Below are positions 1 through 10,071 of a DNA stretch of 64,000 nucleotides, in pieces. The translations under genes were made by a program, and so were the position numbers. Position 1 is the first letter of the stretch. Each line of letters opens with the position of its first letter. The notes beneath the pieces were generated by a model that was not told the DNA's origin, ran no database searches, and worked only from the letters and a program-made list of their open reading frames with translations. The stretch is from an uncultured delta proteobacterium. Its GTDB lineage: Bacteria > Desulfobacterota > Binatia > UBA9968. The stretch lies in NCBI GenBank assembly GCA_963840855.1, contig CAWJBB010000087.1, positions 1 through 64,000 of the forward strand, in the 5' to 3' direction.

Positions 1-1
1 A

Positions 2-1402
2 AGGCGTAAGTAGCTTGGCAATTTGCCGCGCGTCATCGAGTCTTTCAAGATTGAGAAGGGTGTCTTCAAGCTTGTCGACTCGGGAGCGGGACAGGACGCG
101 CGAAGCCAGCAGGCGAAATTTTTGCAATACCTCGTCCCGCTTCATGGGGTGCTTATCGCTTCCCTTGGCGTGGAGGACCTTCTCACGATAGCTTTTCCCA
201 TCCCGGAGTTCGACCTCGACATCCACTCCGTGGCGACCCTCGTCGCCTAGAAGATCGAATTGGGAGTCCTCGAGCACTTCAATCCTTTTAGTCGTTGCTA
301 GAATATCGGGGCGACGAATGGACTTTTCCGTGACCTGATCGACGAAGAAGTCGCGGTCGTGAAGCAGAACGGCGACGCAGAAAGGCAGATTCATTTGCGC
401 CGTGGTCATGCTTTTGGGTTCGTAAGGCCAGCCCACGTGGAGCTTGGTGGCGCGGCTGGTTCGAATGCGAATTTTTTCGACGTTCGCCGCGCCGACCTCC
501 GGGTGCTCGCGAAGAATTTTTTTTAGAGCATCGATGGAGGTATGATTGCTGCCGCAGCAGGGATAGGGTTTAAAACCGACGTTGAGCGTCTCAAAACGTT
601 CACCCAGCCGGTCAGTGAGGTGTGAGAGATTTGGTTTATCGATGAAGGTCGAGCAAAAACCGCCGTACGGCGCTTCAAGAACATCTTCGATCCCGGTAAA
701 GCCTTTAGCCGCGAGTAGCGCGCCGTAGACTCCCGCCTGAGCGGAGCGCCCCGGGTGCATGCGCTTCACCATGGACGAGTGTTGGGCAGCCATCAGTCCA
801 GCCGCTTGCGTGCCCGAAATTCCCAGCGCATGGACCGTCTTATCCGGATTCAATCGAAGCATCTTGGCGGCGGCGGCTCCGGCCGCAAAGGTGCCCGACG
901 TAGCGCTGGGGTGAAAGCCGCGGCGGAGCTGCGCGGCGCCGCCGGTCATGCCGACGCGGCAGCCGACTTCATAGCCCGCCACTACCGCAGTGAGCAGCCG
1001 CTTGCCGTCGACGCCGCCGACATGGCGCACCAGCGCGTCCGCCGCTGGTATGGCTTCCGAACCGGGGTGAATAACTCCGACACGGTGCAGATCGTCCATC
1101 TCAAAGCTATGAATGAACGTGCCATTGGCCAGCGGCGCGCTGGTGCTGGGAACCTCGGTGCCGTCCGCCCAAATGAGCGCCCCTTTGCCTTTGCCCAATT
1201 CCTTGGTGAATGAAGTGATAATCTTCCCCCAGGGGAGGGTAGAGCCGAACAGGGCACAGCCGAGGGAATCGATAAAAGACAACTTGATGTGCGAGACCAC
1301 CTCTTGTGGAATATCTTTATAGGAGAGCCCGGCGATGTATTCCGCGAGGGTTCGAGTCGGAGAGCCTGCCGTAGAGGCTTCCCGCAGTTGTGTTTTCGCC
1401 AT
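2..1402 (-). CDS. MmgE/PrpD family protein (3' end runs off window)
   Basis: Manual translation from ATG 1402: MAKTQLRE...FIDSLGCALFG...ANGTFIHSFEMDDLH...HPGS...GYEVG...RGFH...KRMHPG...FKPYPCCGSNH. Open to position 2; absent from ORF track because it has no stop in the window. Confidence 0.88.
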   Translation of the reverse strand, partial: MAKTQLREASTAGSPTRTLAEYIAGLSYKDIPQEVVSHIKLSFIDSLGCALFGSTLPWGKIITSFTKELGKGKGALIWADGTEVPSTSAPLANGTFIHSFEMDDLHRVGVIHPGSEAIPAADALVRHVGGVDGKRLLTAVVAGYEVGCRVGMTGGAAQLRRGFHPSATSGTFAAGAAAAKMLRLNPDKTVHALGISGTQAAGLMAAQHSSMVKRMHPGRSAQAGVYGALLAAKGFTGIEDVLEAPYGGFCSTFIDKPNLSHLTDRLGERFETLNVGFKPYPCCGSNHTSIDALKKILREHPEVGAANVEKIRIRTSRATKLHVGWPYEPKSMTTAQMNLPFCVAVLLHDRDFFVDQVTEKSIRRPDILATTKRIEVLEDSQFDLLGDEGRHGVDVEVELRDGKSYREKVLHAKGSDKHPMKRDEVLQKFRLLASRVLSRSRVDKLEDTLLNLERLDDARQIAKLLTP

Positions 1403-1559
1403 AAAACACTCCTTGACCTAAATGGCCTTCTGTGACTTTGATATCACGCCGGTGAAAAAGCCGCACGCGCCAAGCGGCGCGGATCGCGCCACTCCGAAGC
1501 TGTTAGCTTTTTCATACGACGAACCCGCCATTGTCAAGCGTCGATTATCGGGAGGAACT

Positions 1560-2639
1560 ATGAGAAAAACGCAGAGCTTCATCGGCCGCCTTTCTCTAGT
1601 CACGGCAATGATCGTCCTTTTCCCTGACTCGCCCGGTCTCGCGCAAAGCTCAAATCTACTCAAGAAGTACGATGGACTGCGGGGCAAGGAGCGGGAGCAA
1701 AAACTCATCGACGGCGCCAAGAAGGAGGGCAAGGTTGTCATCTACAGTTTTACCGCCGTCGACCAGCTCAAGCCTCTGCTCGACGAGTTTCAAAAAAGAT
1801 ATCCGTTCATTACCCCGGAGCATTACCGCGCCAATGCCACCGGGGTTTTCAACAAGTTTGCCACCGAAGCGCGGGCCGGACAAACCCTTGCCGATGTCAT
1901 CGACATTTCCGCCGGTGAAGCTCACACGTTTGGTCAGATGGGATTGATCGATCCCTATCTCTCGCCCAGCCGCGAGGGGATTCCAAAGGACTTCATGGAC
2001 GAGAAGGGTTTCTGGACAGCGCACTATCATTTCGTCGTTGCGCTTGGTTTCAACACGGGACATATCAAACCGGCCGAGGCGCCGAAGAGCTATGACGAAC
2101 TGCTCAATCCGAAGTGGAAAGGGCGTTTCTCTCTCGATCCGGCGGATCAGGACTTGTTCGGGGCGCTCTTGCTTCATTGGGGCAAAGAAAAGGCGTTAAG
2201 CTATTTCAGAGACCTCGCAAGGCTCGAGCCGAGAATGGTTTCGGGTCACACCCAACAAGCCAACCTCGTCGGCGCGGGAGAAATCCAGATGGCGCCGTGG
2301 CTGTATGGCTACAGACCGCTGCAGTTAAAAGACGAAGGCGCCCCGGTAGAAACGGTTCTCTTCGATCCGGTGTTGTCGAACCCGGCTTACCTCCTCCTCA
2401 GCAAAAACTCGCCGCACTCTCATGCCGCCGCTCTGTTAATCGACTGGGCGCTGGCGGCGGATGGAGGCATGAGATTTTTCGCCGAAAAGTTCGGCCGCAC
2501 GCCGACGCGGTCCGGCTTGAAAGAGCGCTTTCCTAAACTCCGGGTGGACCGGTATCTCGTGGTGAAACCCGAGATCGTCGGGCCGAACTTCAAAGAGTTT
2601 ACCAAGCTCTACAACGAAATTTTCGGCATCGGCAAATGA
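1560..2639 (+). CDS. ABC transporter substrate-binding protein, Fe(III)/thiamine-type
   Basis: GGAGG RBS before ATG 1560; signal peptide; AKKEGKVVIY, PKSYDELLNPKWKG, SPHSHAAALLIDW motifs. Confidence 0.85.
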   Translation: MRKTQSFIGRLSLVTAMIVLFPDSPGLAQSSNLLKKYDGLRGKEREQKLIDGAKKEGKVVIYSFTAVDQLKPLLDEFQKRYPFITPEHYRANATGVFNKFATEARAGQTLADVIDISAGEAHTFGQMGLIDPYLSPSREGIPKDFMDEKGFWTAHYHFVVALGFNTGHIKPAEAPKSYDELLNPKWKGRFSLDPADQDLFGALLLHWGKEKALSYFRDLARLEPRMVSGHTQQANLVGAGEIQMAPWLYGYRPLQLKDEGAPVETVLFDPVLSNPAYLLLSKNSPHSHAAALLIDWALAADGGMRFFAEKFGRTPTRSGLKERFPKLRVDRYLVVKPEIVGPNFKEFTKLYNEIFGIGK

Positions 2640-2777
2640 AGCTCCTCAGAGCAAAGCTCCGAGGTATCTTTGCGAAATTCTACCGAAGCCGTTCCACCCT
2701 CCTTCGCCAAGGCTACGGAGGGTTCTCCTCACCTTCATCCTCGCAGCTTGCTGCGAGGTATTCGGCGAAGGAGAATA
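2637..2777. repeat. Multi-hairpin intergenic element
   Basis: Hairpins CCCTCCTTCGCCAAGGCTACGGAGGG and CCTCGCAGCTTGCTGCGAGG; related GAGCAAAGCTC...GAGGTATC segment. Confidence 0.5.
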
Positions 2778-2822
2778 GAAATTCGCGCTAACCGTGACGC
2801 GCGACGATCAAGGGAGGTTTGT

Positions 2823-3110
2823 ATGGTTTACGAAGTACGATTCCAGACGGTGGAGCCGCAACGCCGCGATGAATACGTCAAGATGTACAAAGAAGCGATC
2901 CAGGGGTGCAAAGCGGCCGGTTGTCGAAGCGGCCAGATCCTTTGCAGCGAAGACGATCCAGCCCGCGTGATGGTCCTGCTCGAGTGGCCGAGCAAAGAGC
3001 ATCATCTCAACTGGCGCGGCACACCGACACACAGGAGCTTTCGCGCCGCCGTCGAAGGCTGGCAAACCAAGCCGAGTGAGGGCGGTTACTACGTCGCCGA
3101 GACCATCTGA
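2823..3110 (+). CDS. Antibiotic biosynthesis monooxygenase (ABM)-like protein
   Basis: AGGGAGG RBS; 95 aa; DDPARVMVLLEWPSKEHHLNWRGT fits the dimeric alpha-beta barrel ABM pattern. Confidence 0.75.
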   Translation: MVYEVRFQTVEPQRRDEYVKMYKEAIQGCKAAGCRSGQILCSEDDPARVMVLLEWPSKEHHLNWRGTPTHRSFRAAVEGWQTKPSEGGYYVAETI

Positions 3111-3171
3111 CTGCGGCGGCGCCGTGAAAAAAGTCAGGGAATTTTGAATTCTTTGGTCAGACTTCCAGTGT

Positions 3172-3341
3172 GGGGTCTCTGAAGTTCGAGGAGTAAATCC
3201 AATGCCTTCCAGTTGTCATTCCCGCGGAAGCGGGAATCCAGGAGCGTTTGATTTTCCTGGATTCTGGGTCGCGCTAGTTATCGCCAGCGTGCCCGGAATG
3301 ACGAGTAAATTATGTAGCGAACTTCGGCAACAGGAGACTAG
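3172..3341. repeat. REP-like palindromic element, GTCATTCCCGC...GGGAATCCA family
   Basis: GTCATTCCCGCGGAAGCGGGAATCCAGG...CCTGGATTC...CCGGAATGAC inside outer GAAGTTCG...CGAACTTC arms. Confidence 0.75.
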
Positions 3342-4504
3342 GGCCTCGTCAGGTCGGTCTCCAGTCCCAGCCAGTGCTGCCCGACCGACTCGTAGTGGGA
3401 GAGGCGTCCCTGGAGGTGTTGGCTGATCACGTGAATGTCCTGGAAGTGGCGCTGCATTAGGTTCCCCTCGTAGATCGCCGTCACGCCGGCGGCATTGTAA
3501 ACGCTGTCGACAATCTGGACCGCCAGGCGAATCGCGTGCGTGCTGGCGAGGCGCAGGACGGCGCGCCGCTCCTGGGTGGTCGCGCCGGTCGACGTCGCTT
3601 CGGTCCAGATCTCGCGGACCGCCTCGGTCAGGAAGGCCCGTCCGGATCGGAGGTGGGCTTCGGCGTGCCCCACGGTGGCTTGAACCATGGGCTGATCGCG
3701 GAGCTTCGCCTGCATGGCCCGCGGTGTTTTGGCGCCGGCCAACTCTAAGAACGCGGTGAGGCAGGAGCGGGCCAATCCTAGCGATACCGCGCCATCGGCC
3801 GAGGCGAATAATAAGGTCCGTGGAATCTGGTAAAGCGGTCCGGTCTCCAGCAGGGGCGCGCCGGCCTGGAGCACCGTACGCTCGGCGGGGACAAAGACAT
3901 CGCTCACAGCAAAATGGTAGGTCCCGGTGCCGCGCATGCCCCGGACATGCCAGGTGTCAAGCAACTCGGCCTCGGCCACCGGCACAAATAGGTAGAGCTG
4001 CTCGGGTTGACCGTCCCGGAGCCTTAGCCGGCCGTTCTCATGAACATGAGCGCGCGCCGCCAGCCACGAGGCGTGCCGGCAACCCGTGCTGAACCCCTGG
4101 CGGCCGGTGACCCGGTAGCCGCCCGGCACCACCACCGCTTGGGCCGTGGGCATGGGCGTGTTCGCGACGACGCTCCGTGGTGTGTCGATCCAGATCGAGC
4201 GAGCGATGTCGCGCGGCATTCGCGCCGCATAGGTCGCGAAGATCGCGCATTGATTGACGATCCAGCCGGTGCTGGCGTCGGCTTTGCCGATCTCCTCGAG
4301 CACCTGGACGTAGGTCGGCAGGTCGATCTCCGCGCCGCCCAGGGCGCGCGGCAGCGCCAACTGGAATAAACCGGCGTCGGCCAGTGCTTCGAAGAGCGGC
4401 CGCGGCAACTCCCGGTCGGCCTCGATCTGATCGGCGCTGGATCGGATCAAAGGTTCCAGTTTTCGCGCCGCGTCGAGCGGCGATTGAGTATCCGTGGCCG
4501 TCAT
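3338..4504 (-). CDS. Acyl-CoA dehydrogenase-fold flavin-dependent monooxygenase (HsaA/C2-like hydroxylase)
   Basis: DASTGW, GYRVTGRQGFSTGC, DTWHVRGMRGTGT, QRHFQDIHVISQH motifs. Confidence 0.85.
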   Translation of the reverse strand: MTATDTQSPLDAARKLEPLIRSSADQIEADRELPRPLFEALADAGLFQLALPRALGGAEIDLPTYVQVLEEIGKADASTGWIVNQCAIFATYAARMPRDIARSIWIDTPRSVVANTPMPTAQAVVVPGGYRVTGRQGFSTGCRHASWLAARAHVHENGRLRLRDGQPEQLYLFVPVAEAELLDTWHVRGMRGTGTYHFAVSDVFVPAERTVLQAGAPLLETGPLYQIPRTLLFASADGAVSLGLARSCLTAFLELAGAKTPRAMQAKLRDQPMVQATVGHAEAHLRSGRAFLTEAVREIWTEATSTGATTQERRAVLRLASTHAIRLAVQIVDSVYNAAGVTAIYEGNLMQRHFQDIHVISQHLQGRLSHYESVGQHWLGLETDLTRP

Positions 4505-4516
4505 AGGTCGCAGAAC

Positions 4517-5155
4517 CTAGGTCGATTTTGCCCCTCTGACCATCTCCAATACCTGATCCGTGGTTCTGACTCGCGCCATGCGCGGAAAAATTGTGTTCAT
4601 GAACGCGGCCATCGAGTCATCGTGGGAGTTGCTGCAAGCATCGCGCACGATGATGATGTTGTAATCATGGTCCCGCGCCGAGTAGACCGTCGAGGCGACG
4701 CCGACATCGACCGCGCCGCCGGAAATGATGATCGAATCGATGTCGCGGGAGCGCAGGGCCAAATCGAAATAGGTCTCATGGAATGTGCTCCAGCGAAATT
4801 TCGGAATGATATAGTCTTCCGGCCGAGGCGCGATCTCGTCGATCACTTTTTGCTCCCACGAACCTTCGGTTGCGCCGTGCACGGTTGGCTGGCAATCGCC
4901 GTTTGGCCATGGGCGAAGCCGCATATCCGTGTCGGTGACGATCTGGCTGCGGCTTTCGCCGTCTTTCCGGTGATTGGCCATGGCGTAGAAGATTGGCATG
5001 TTCATCTGGCGCGCCGCGTTCATTAAACGCACGGCGTTATCCACCACGGGTTTCATCTTCTTTTTCGTCTCTTCGGCTGCGCCGTGGTAGTAAACGTTGA
5101 GCATGTCGAAGAAGAGAAGTCCGGTATTGCGGACGTTAAGTTCGTTGACGTTCAT
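4517..5155 (-). CDS. Isochorismatase-family hydrolase
   Basis: LLFFDMLN, PKFRWSTF, SGGAVDVGVASTVYSARDHDY, VRDAC motifs. Confidence 0.85.
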   Translation of the reverse strand: MNVNELNVRNTGLLFFDMLNVYYHGAAEETKKKMKPVVDNAVRLMNAARQMNMPIFYAMANHRKDGESRSQIVTDTDMRLRPWPNGDCQPTVHGATEGSWEQKVIDEIAPRPEDYIIPKFRWSTFHETYFDLALRSRDIDSIIISGGAVDVGVASTVYSARDHDYNIIIVRDACSNSHDDSMAAFMNTIFPRMARVRTTDQVLEMVRGAKST

Positions 5156-5230
5156 AAAAAAGTCCTCGGTTTGACCTCGGGTTAGATTCTAACGCTTAAA
5201 ATATTTAACAAAATGACTTCAAGAAATTTT

Positions 5231-5311
5231 CTCGCGCCAAGACGCCAAGGCGCAAAGTTAAGAATATATTTTGGATTCTCCGAACTTGGCGTCTTTGCGT
5301 CTTTGCGGGAG
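5231..5311. repeat. CGCCAAG/CGCAAAG-unit inverted-repeat element
   Basis: CTCGCGCCAAGACGCCAAGGCGCAAAG ... CTTGGCGTCTTTGCGTCTTTGCGGGAG; related copies near 51633 and 57084. Confidence 0.75.
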
Positions 5312-5368
5312 TCACAGTTTTTCCGATCTCCTTTTGGTGCAAAATTCCAAATACTTTTGGTTAGCTCT

Positions 5369-6241
5369 TTAGTGCCGCGCCCATGCAATCTCCCACCAAT
5401 TGCGGTTGAGGTCGCAAAGGGAAAATGACTTGCCCTCCTCGGTGTCCCTGATCTCTTCGATTTCCGTTATGCCAAGCTCGGCGCCGCGGTGGCAAAATTC
5501 CCTGTGCGCTGCCGCAAGATCCGGCGCTGCTGCGACGGCGATGGTATAGCGCTGCATGAGACCCAGATATTTACGATTTTTCTCGGGAACTTCCAAGCTC
5601 ACGACGTACCAGGGCTTGGCGGGATGTTTGATGTTGTGCGGCTTGGGCGTGACGACGTGCGTGACGACATCCAACCCCAGTCCTTCTTTGTAAAACTTCA
5701 CGGACGATGCCCAATCATTGCATTCGATTGTGCCATGGGTGAAGGCCTGGGGAATATAGCCTCTGCCGGGAAACTGTTCCTCGGTGAGCGGGGTTTTCCA
5801 CGGATAAGAGACGTCATTGGGCAGGCCTGCTTTGTGGCGATCTTCGTAGGATTCGATCTCCCAATAGTTGCCGCCGGGCTCCATAAAAAAGCAAGAGTAC
5901 GAACCCGCGCGCTCGCGCCGCATCACGACTTTTTTCAAGCGCAGTTCGGCTTTATTCGCTAGAAGATACTCGTACGCTCTGTCGACCTCCGCGTTGTCCG
6001 TGACGCGCACGCCGTAGTGATTCCGTTGCGGTTTGTCCGGCGCATCGGGGCTTCCTTCGTGCGCCACCAGAAGCCACTCCGTGTTCGGATGCTTCAAAGT
6101 CACTTGCTTGTCGCGGCGGTCGACGATCTCGAGGGCCAATAGATGAGACAGGATCGGCACGGTCTCGTTTAGGTCGCGGCATTCATAGTGCCCATGGGTA
6201 ATCGCCAGGGGGCGCAGAATGGGATTCGACAACCCTTGCAT
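5369..6241 (-). CDS. Two-domain VOC (glyoxalase/extradiol dioxygenase superfamily) protein
   Basis: Duplicated THGxxEC...GNYWEI / NRNWWEI modules. Confidence 0.8.
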   Translation of the reverse strand: MQGLSNPILRPLAITHGHYECRDLNETVPILSHLLALEIVDRRDKQVTLKHPNTEWLLVAHEGSPDAPDKPQRNHYGVRVTDNAEVDRAYEYLLANKAELRLKKVVMRRERAGSYSCFFMEPGGNYWEIESYEDRHKAGLPNDVSYPWKTPLTEEQFPGRGYIPQAFTHGTIECNDWASSVKFYKEGLGLDVVTHVVTPKPHNIKHPAKPWYVVSLEVPEKNRKYLGLMQRYTIAVAAAPDLAAAHREFCHRGAELGITEIEEIRDTEEGKSFSLCDLNRNWWEIAWARH

Positions 6242-6372
6242 CGCTCAACCTCCATCGCTCGGTATTGGCTATTACTAGCCGATCCATGGCCCGCCGCACA
6301 ACCAGTCATGAAGGTAAAAAAGGCCGTTGCGGTTTATTAAGAGGAGCGGGCGTGAAGCGCCCATGAGAGCCA

Positions 6373-7329
6373 TTATTCCCGCACGATACGGTTACGCAGG
6401 CAGCCGATATTCTCTACTTCCGCTTCGACGATATCGCCGGGCTTGAGCCACCAAGGAGGTTGATCCGGTTTTCGGCCCGCGGCGACCCCGCGCGGCGTGC
6501 CGGTGGTCAACACATCGCCTGGATTCAAGCCCATTTGCGACCAGTAAGCGATCATGTCGCGGATTTTGAAAATCATGTAACCCAAGTTCGAATCCTGGCG
6601 CGTCTCGCCGTTGACACTCAAGCGCAGTTTCAAGTTCTGTGGATCGGCAATTTCATCCGCCGTGACGAGATACGGCCCCATGGGCGCGAAGCCGGGAAAA
6701 TTCTTGCCCATGAGATGGATGCCGGTTTTGTTCTCGCCACGAATCACGTCGCGGGCGCTGATGTCGTTGAACGCCGCATACCCCGCGACGTAGTCCAGGG
6801 ACTCTTCCGGGCTTACGTCGACACAGGTTTTGCCGATGACGACCGCAAGTTCGACTTCATAATCCAGGTTGTTTACTTCCGGGGGATGGGGAATATCGTC
6901 TTCAGGTCCGACGACCGTGCCGGGGAGCTTGAGAAACGCCACTGGAAAGCCTGGCCCTATGCGTGAAGACATCTCGGCGACGTGATCGGAAAAATTTTTA
7001 CCTGCTGAGATCAATGCGCCGGGACGGGGGACCGGAGCCTTGAGCTGAACCTGATTACGCTCGAACACAATGCCGCGGTCCCCCTCCGCCACTTTCCTTC
7101 GAGCGAAAGCCAACGCGCTACGCGCGGCTTCCAGGCTTTCAGCGCCGCGCTTTAGAAACTCGCACATACCGTTGCCCAGAACGATCGGCGCAAACTGATC
7201 GCCGAAGGGATTGTTTTCGACCTCGCGCAAATGGGCCGCGTAGGCGCGCTGCAAGTCCACGATATTGCCGTTGCTGTCCAGCGCGCCGATGCGTTCACGA
7301 TCTAGATGCACGAACGTGACAAGCTTCAT
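6373..7329 (-). CDS. Fumarylacetoacetate hydrolase family protein
   Basis: GKNFSDH, DYEVELAVVIGK, NDISARD, GKNFPGFAPMGP, GDVLTTGTP. Start ATG 7329 overlaps upstream stop. Confidence 0.9.
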   Translation of the reverse strand: MKLVTFVHLDRERIGALDSNGNIVDLQRAYAAHLREVENNPFGDQFAPIVLGNGMCEFLKRGAESLEAARSALAFARRKVAEGDRGIVFERNQVQLKAPVPRPGALISAGKNFSDHVAEMSSRIGPGFPVAFLKLPGTVVGPEDDIPHPPEVNNLDYEVELAVVIGKTCVDVSPEESLDYVAGYAAFNDISARDVIRGENKTGIHLMGKNFPGFAPMGPYLVTADEIADPQNLKLRLSVNGETRQDSNLGYMIFKIRDMIAYWSQMGLNPGDVLTTGTPRGVAAGRKPDQPPWWLKPGDIVEAEVENIGCLRNRIVRE

Positions 7330-8309
7330 GAATGTGGTCCTTTTGCGGAGACAACCGGATGGGTCAATGCGCCGATGGCAGAGGATGCGCAACGAATCGT
7401 CGAGCCGACTTTAAGCGGCACCGGGATTTGCAGCCGGTCTCCTTGTAGCGCCATGCTGGCGCCAATTGCGAGAAAGTCGCCGGGCTTGATGCCGAGGATC
7501 GACCAACGGGCGATGATTTGCTCGACGGTGAACACGCATTCACGTAGCGAAAATTTTTGTTTGACGGCGCCGTCGAGCGAGAGATCGACTTCTAAAGATT
7601 CGAGAGTTGTCCTGGACTCTTCCATCAGCACGCCGGGGCCAATGCAGGTGCTCGAGGGAAAATTCTTGCCGAGCAAATTGTTCGTGGTTGCGCCTTCCCG
7701 CTTGTTGATGTCACGCGCGGTGATGTCGATTAACAGCGTCACGCCCGCTACATGGCTCCATGCTTGTTCGGGCGAGATTCTCTTGCCGGCCTTGCCGATG
7801 ACAATGGCGAGGCACGCATCGGCGTCGACTTCCGCGGAGAATTTCGGCCAAACGATGGGCGTGCCGGTTGTGACGAAAGTCTGCGGCAGTTTGTAGAAGG
7901 CCGTCGGAATTTCGGCCTCCGGCCTGGCTTCGATGCGCGCTTTGTCGGAAAAGCCCATGACAAAACTTTTTTCCGGATTCAGCAGCGGCGGCAGCAAGCG
8001 AATTTCGCGCGGTTCGTAGATAACTTTCTCGCCCGAAGGGCCATGCAGGTCGCCCGCGTCTCGTTGACGCAAAAACGCAGCCGCATGATCCATTGCTTTT
8101 CGCGCTGCGTCACCGCGTTCCAAGAATCTTTGGATGCTGTCCGGAAAACAAAATGCGGCGAGCTCGTACGCATGAGCCGCGCTTGCCTGGGACTCGCACA
8201 GTTGCGCGGCGTGTGCCAGCTGCAAATCGATCAGCCGGTTGTCGCATTCACCAAAAATACGAGTTTGCCCGGGCGCTGAGCTTTCCGTAAGACCCAGGTA
8301 GAGTTTCAC
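7326..8309 (-). CDS. FAH family paralog with degenerate metal site
   Basis: FYKLP, DADACLAIVIGK, DITARD, GKNFP motifs. Confidence 0.8.
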   Translation of the reverse strand: MKLYLGLTESSAPGQTRIFGECDNRLIDLQLAHAAQLCESQASAAHAYELAAFCFPDSIQRFLERGDAARKAMDHAAAFLRQRDAGDLHGPSGEKVIYEPREIRLLPPLLNPEKSFVMGFSDKARIEARPEAEIPTAFYKLPQTFVTTGTPIVWPKFSAEVDADACLAIVIGKAGKRISPEQAWSHVAGVTLLIDITARDINKREGATTNNLLGKNFPSSTCIGPGVLMEESRTTLESLEVDLSLDGAVKQKFSLRECVFTVEQIIARWSILGIKPGDFLAIGASMALQGDRLQIPVPLKVGSTIRCASSAIGALTHPVVSAKGPHS

Positions 8310-8391
8310 GCGGTTCGTTCCTCAGCTTGCGCTTTCCTGCGTCTACCACGGCCAGGGGAGAAATCATAGCATAAGACGAACGCCGGTGAGG

Positions 8392-9975
8392 TCAATGTTT
8401 GAGGATAGATTTTGCCGCGTAGTAACCGGGGAGTCCGGTCACGCCTCCGCCCGGATGCGTGCCGGAACCGCAGAGATAAAGATTCTTAACTGGCGTCCCG
8501 TAGCCCGCCCAACCCGGGATCGGGCGCAGGAAGAAAATCTGGTCCAGGGCCATTTCCGCGTGATAGATATTTCCGCCAGTGAGACCAAAAACCCGCTCCA
8601 GGTCCAGTGGAGTCAGCACCTGGCGATGCAAGATTGAGTCCTTGAATCCCGGAGCATACTCCTCGATCAGGTTGACAACCGTATCGCCTAAAACTTCCCG
8701 TTGTCCGTGCCAATTTCCCTGGCGCAAATCATAGGGCGCGTACTGCATCCAGACCGACATGACATGATTTCCCGCGGGCGCCAGCGACGAATCGGCTGTA
8801 GATGGAATAGTAATTTCCAGAAACGGCCGTTTGGAGAAGCGTCCATACTTCGCGTCGTCAGAAGCGCGCTCCAAATAGTCCAGCGTTGGTCCGATATGGA
8901 TCACCCCTCCCAGTTGCCTGCCGGACTCGGCGCCGTGAAATTTCGGCAGCCTATTCAAAGCGAGATTCACTTTCGCCACCGTGCCGCGCGAGCGGATGTT
9001 TTTTACCTGCAACAGAAAATGCGGGTCCAGGTAGGTTGGTTCCACCAACGTCAGGAAAGTTGTTTTGACATCGGCGCTGGAGACGACGACGTTTCCGTCT
9101 ATCTCATCGCCGTTTCGGAGCGCCACTCCCGTTGCGGCGCCGTTTTTGGTCACAATGCGCGCGACTTCTTGATCCGTACGAATGTCCGCGCCATGTCGCC
9201 GCGCCGCGCGCGCCAGAGCCTGCGGGAGATCGCCGATGCCGCCGCGGACAAGGCCCGCCGTTCTGAGGGCGCCATTGGAGGCGCCGAGTTGGTGGTGCAG
9301 AAACAGGAACGAGGTCCCTTGCTGGCGCGGGCCGACAAAGGAACCGAGCAGACCGGGGGCGCCTATGGCGGCTTTGAGCAGATCGGTATCGAACCATTCA
9401 TCAAGCAAATCAGCGATGCTCATCGGCAGGATGCGCAGAAACTCGTACATCTGCTTTGCGCCGAGACGATGAAACTTCCAGCCTGCTTTGACCAGCTCTC
9501 CAAGATGGACGTTCTGCCGGGTCCCATGATCAGGAAGCGTTACCCCGTAGAGGGTGCGGAGAAAAGACGAAAGATCTCTTGTAAGGGCGCAAAACGAAGC
9601 GAACTTGGCCGCGTCTTTTTGGGAGAAGCGGCCAATCGCGTCAACGGCCTGTCCCTGATCATTGGGAATCGTGAGTGCGTTTCCTCCAGGTTGCGGCGCG
9701 AAGACAAGGGGATCGAGGGGAAGCAGCTCCAAGCCATATTGCCGCAAGGCCAAATCGCCGATGATTGCGCCGGCAAAGGCGCTGGCCAAATGCGCGCAAG
9801 TTGGCATTTTGAACCCGGGATAGATCTCTTCCGTGGCGGCGCTGCCGCCGACAATGCCCCGGCGCTCCAGTACCAAAACTTTTTTGCCGGCTTTGGCGAG
9901 ATAAGCCGCGGTGACGAGCCCGTTATGTCCTGCGCCGATGATGATCGAGTCGTAACGTTGCATGCGTGTCGTCAT
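8392..9975 (-). CDS. COG1233 (phytoene dehydrogenase-like) NAD(P)/FAD oxidoreductase
   Basis: IIGAGHNGL Rossmann motif; NLYLCGSGTHPGGGVTG C-terminus. Confidence 0.88.
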   Translation of the reverse strand: MTTRMQRYDSIIIGAGHNGLVTAAYLAKAGKKVLVLERRGIVGGSAATEEIYPGFKMPTCAHLASAFAGAIIGDLALRQYGLELLPLDPLVFAPQPGGNALTIPNDQGQAVDAIGRFSQKDAAKFASFCALTRDLSSFLRTLYGVTLPDHGTRQNVHLGELVKAGWKFHRLGAKQMYEFLRILPMSIADLLDEWFDTDLLKAAIGAPGLLGSFVGPRQQGTSFLFLHHQLGASNGALRTAGLVRGGIGDLPQALARAARRHGADIRTDQEVARIVTKNGAATGVALRNGDEIDGNVVVSSADVKTTFLTLVEPTYLDPHFLLQVKNIRSRGTVAKVNLALNRLPKFHGAESGRQLGGVIHIGPTLDYLERASDDAKYGRFSKRPFLEITIPSTADSSLAPAGNHVMSVWMQYAPYDLRQGNWHGQREVLGDTVVNLIEEYAPGFKDSILHRQVLTPLDLERVFGLTGGNIYHAEMALDQIFFLRPIPGWAGYGTPVKNLYLCGSGTHPGGGVTGLPGYYAAKSILKH

Positions 9976-10071
9976 TCTCCGTGAGTGAGGTGAAACCGGG
10001 CGCGACGGCGGCTGATTTTCCGAGCAGGCATGGACATGCCGATGGCTGAAAATAAGCCGGCGAGCAGTTGC

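Noticed and set aside
755-1213. Plus-strand ORFs in the first 1.4 kb
   Set aside because: They overlap the minus-strand MmgE/PrpD gene, which the ORF track missed because it has no stop in the window.
8701-9984. Long antisense ORFs (also 12156-13217, 36847-37944, 58786-59772 and others)
   Set aside because: Shadow frames of well-supported genes in GC-rich DNA, with no recognisable motifs.
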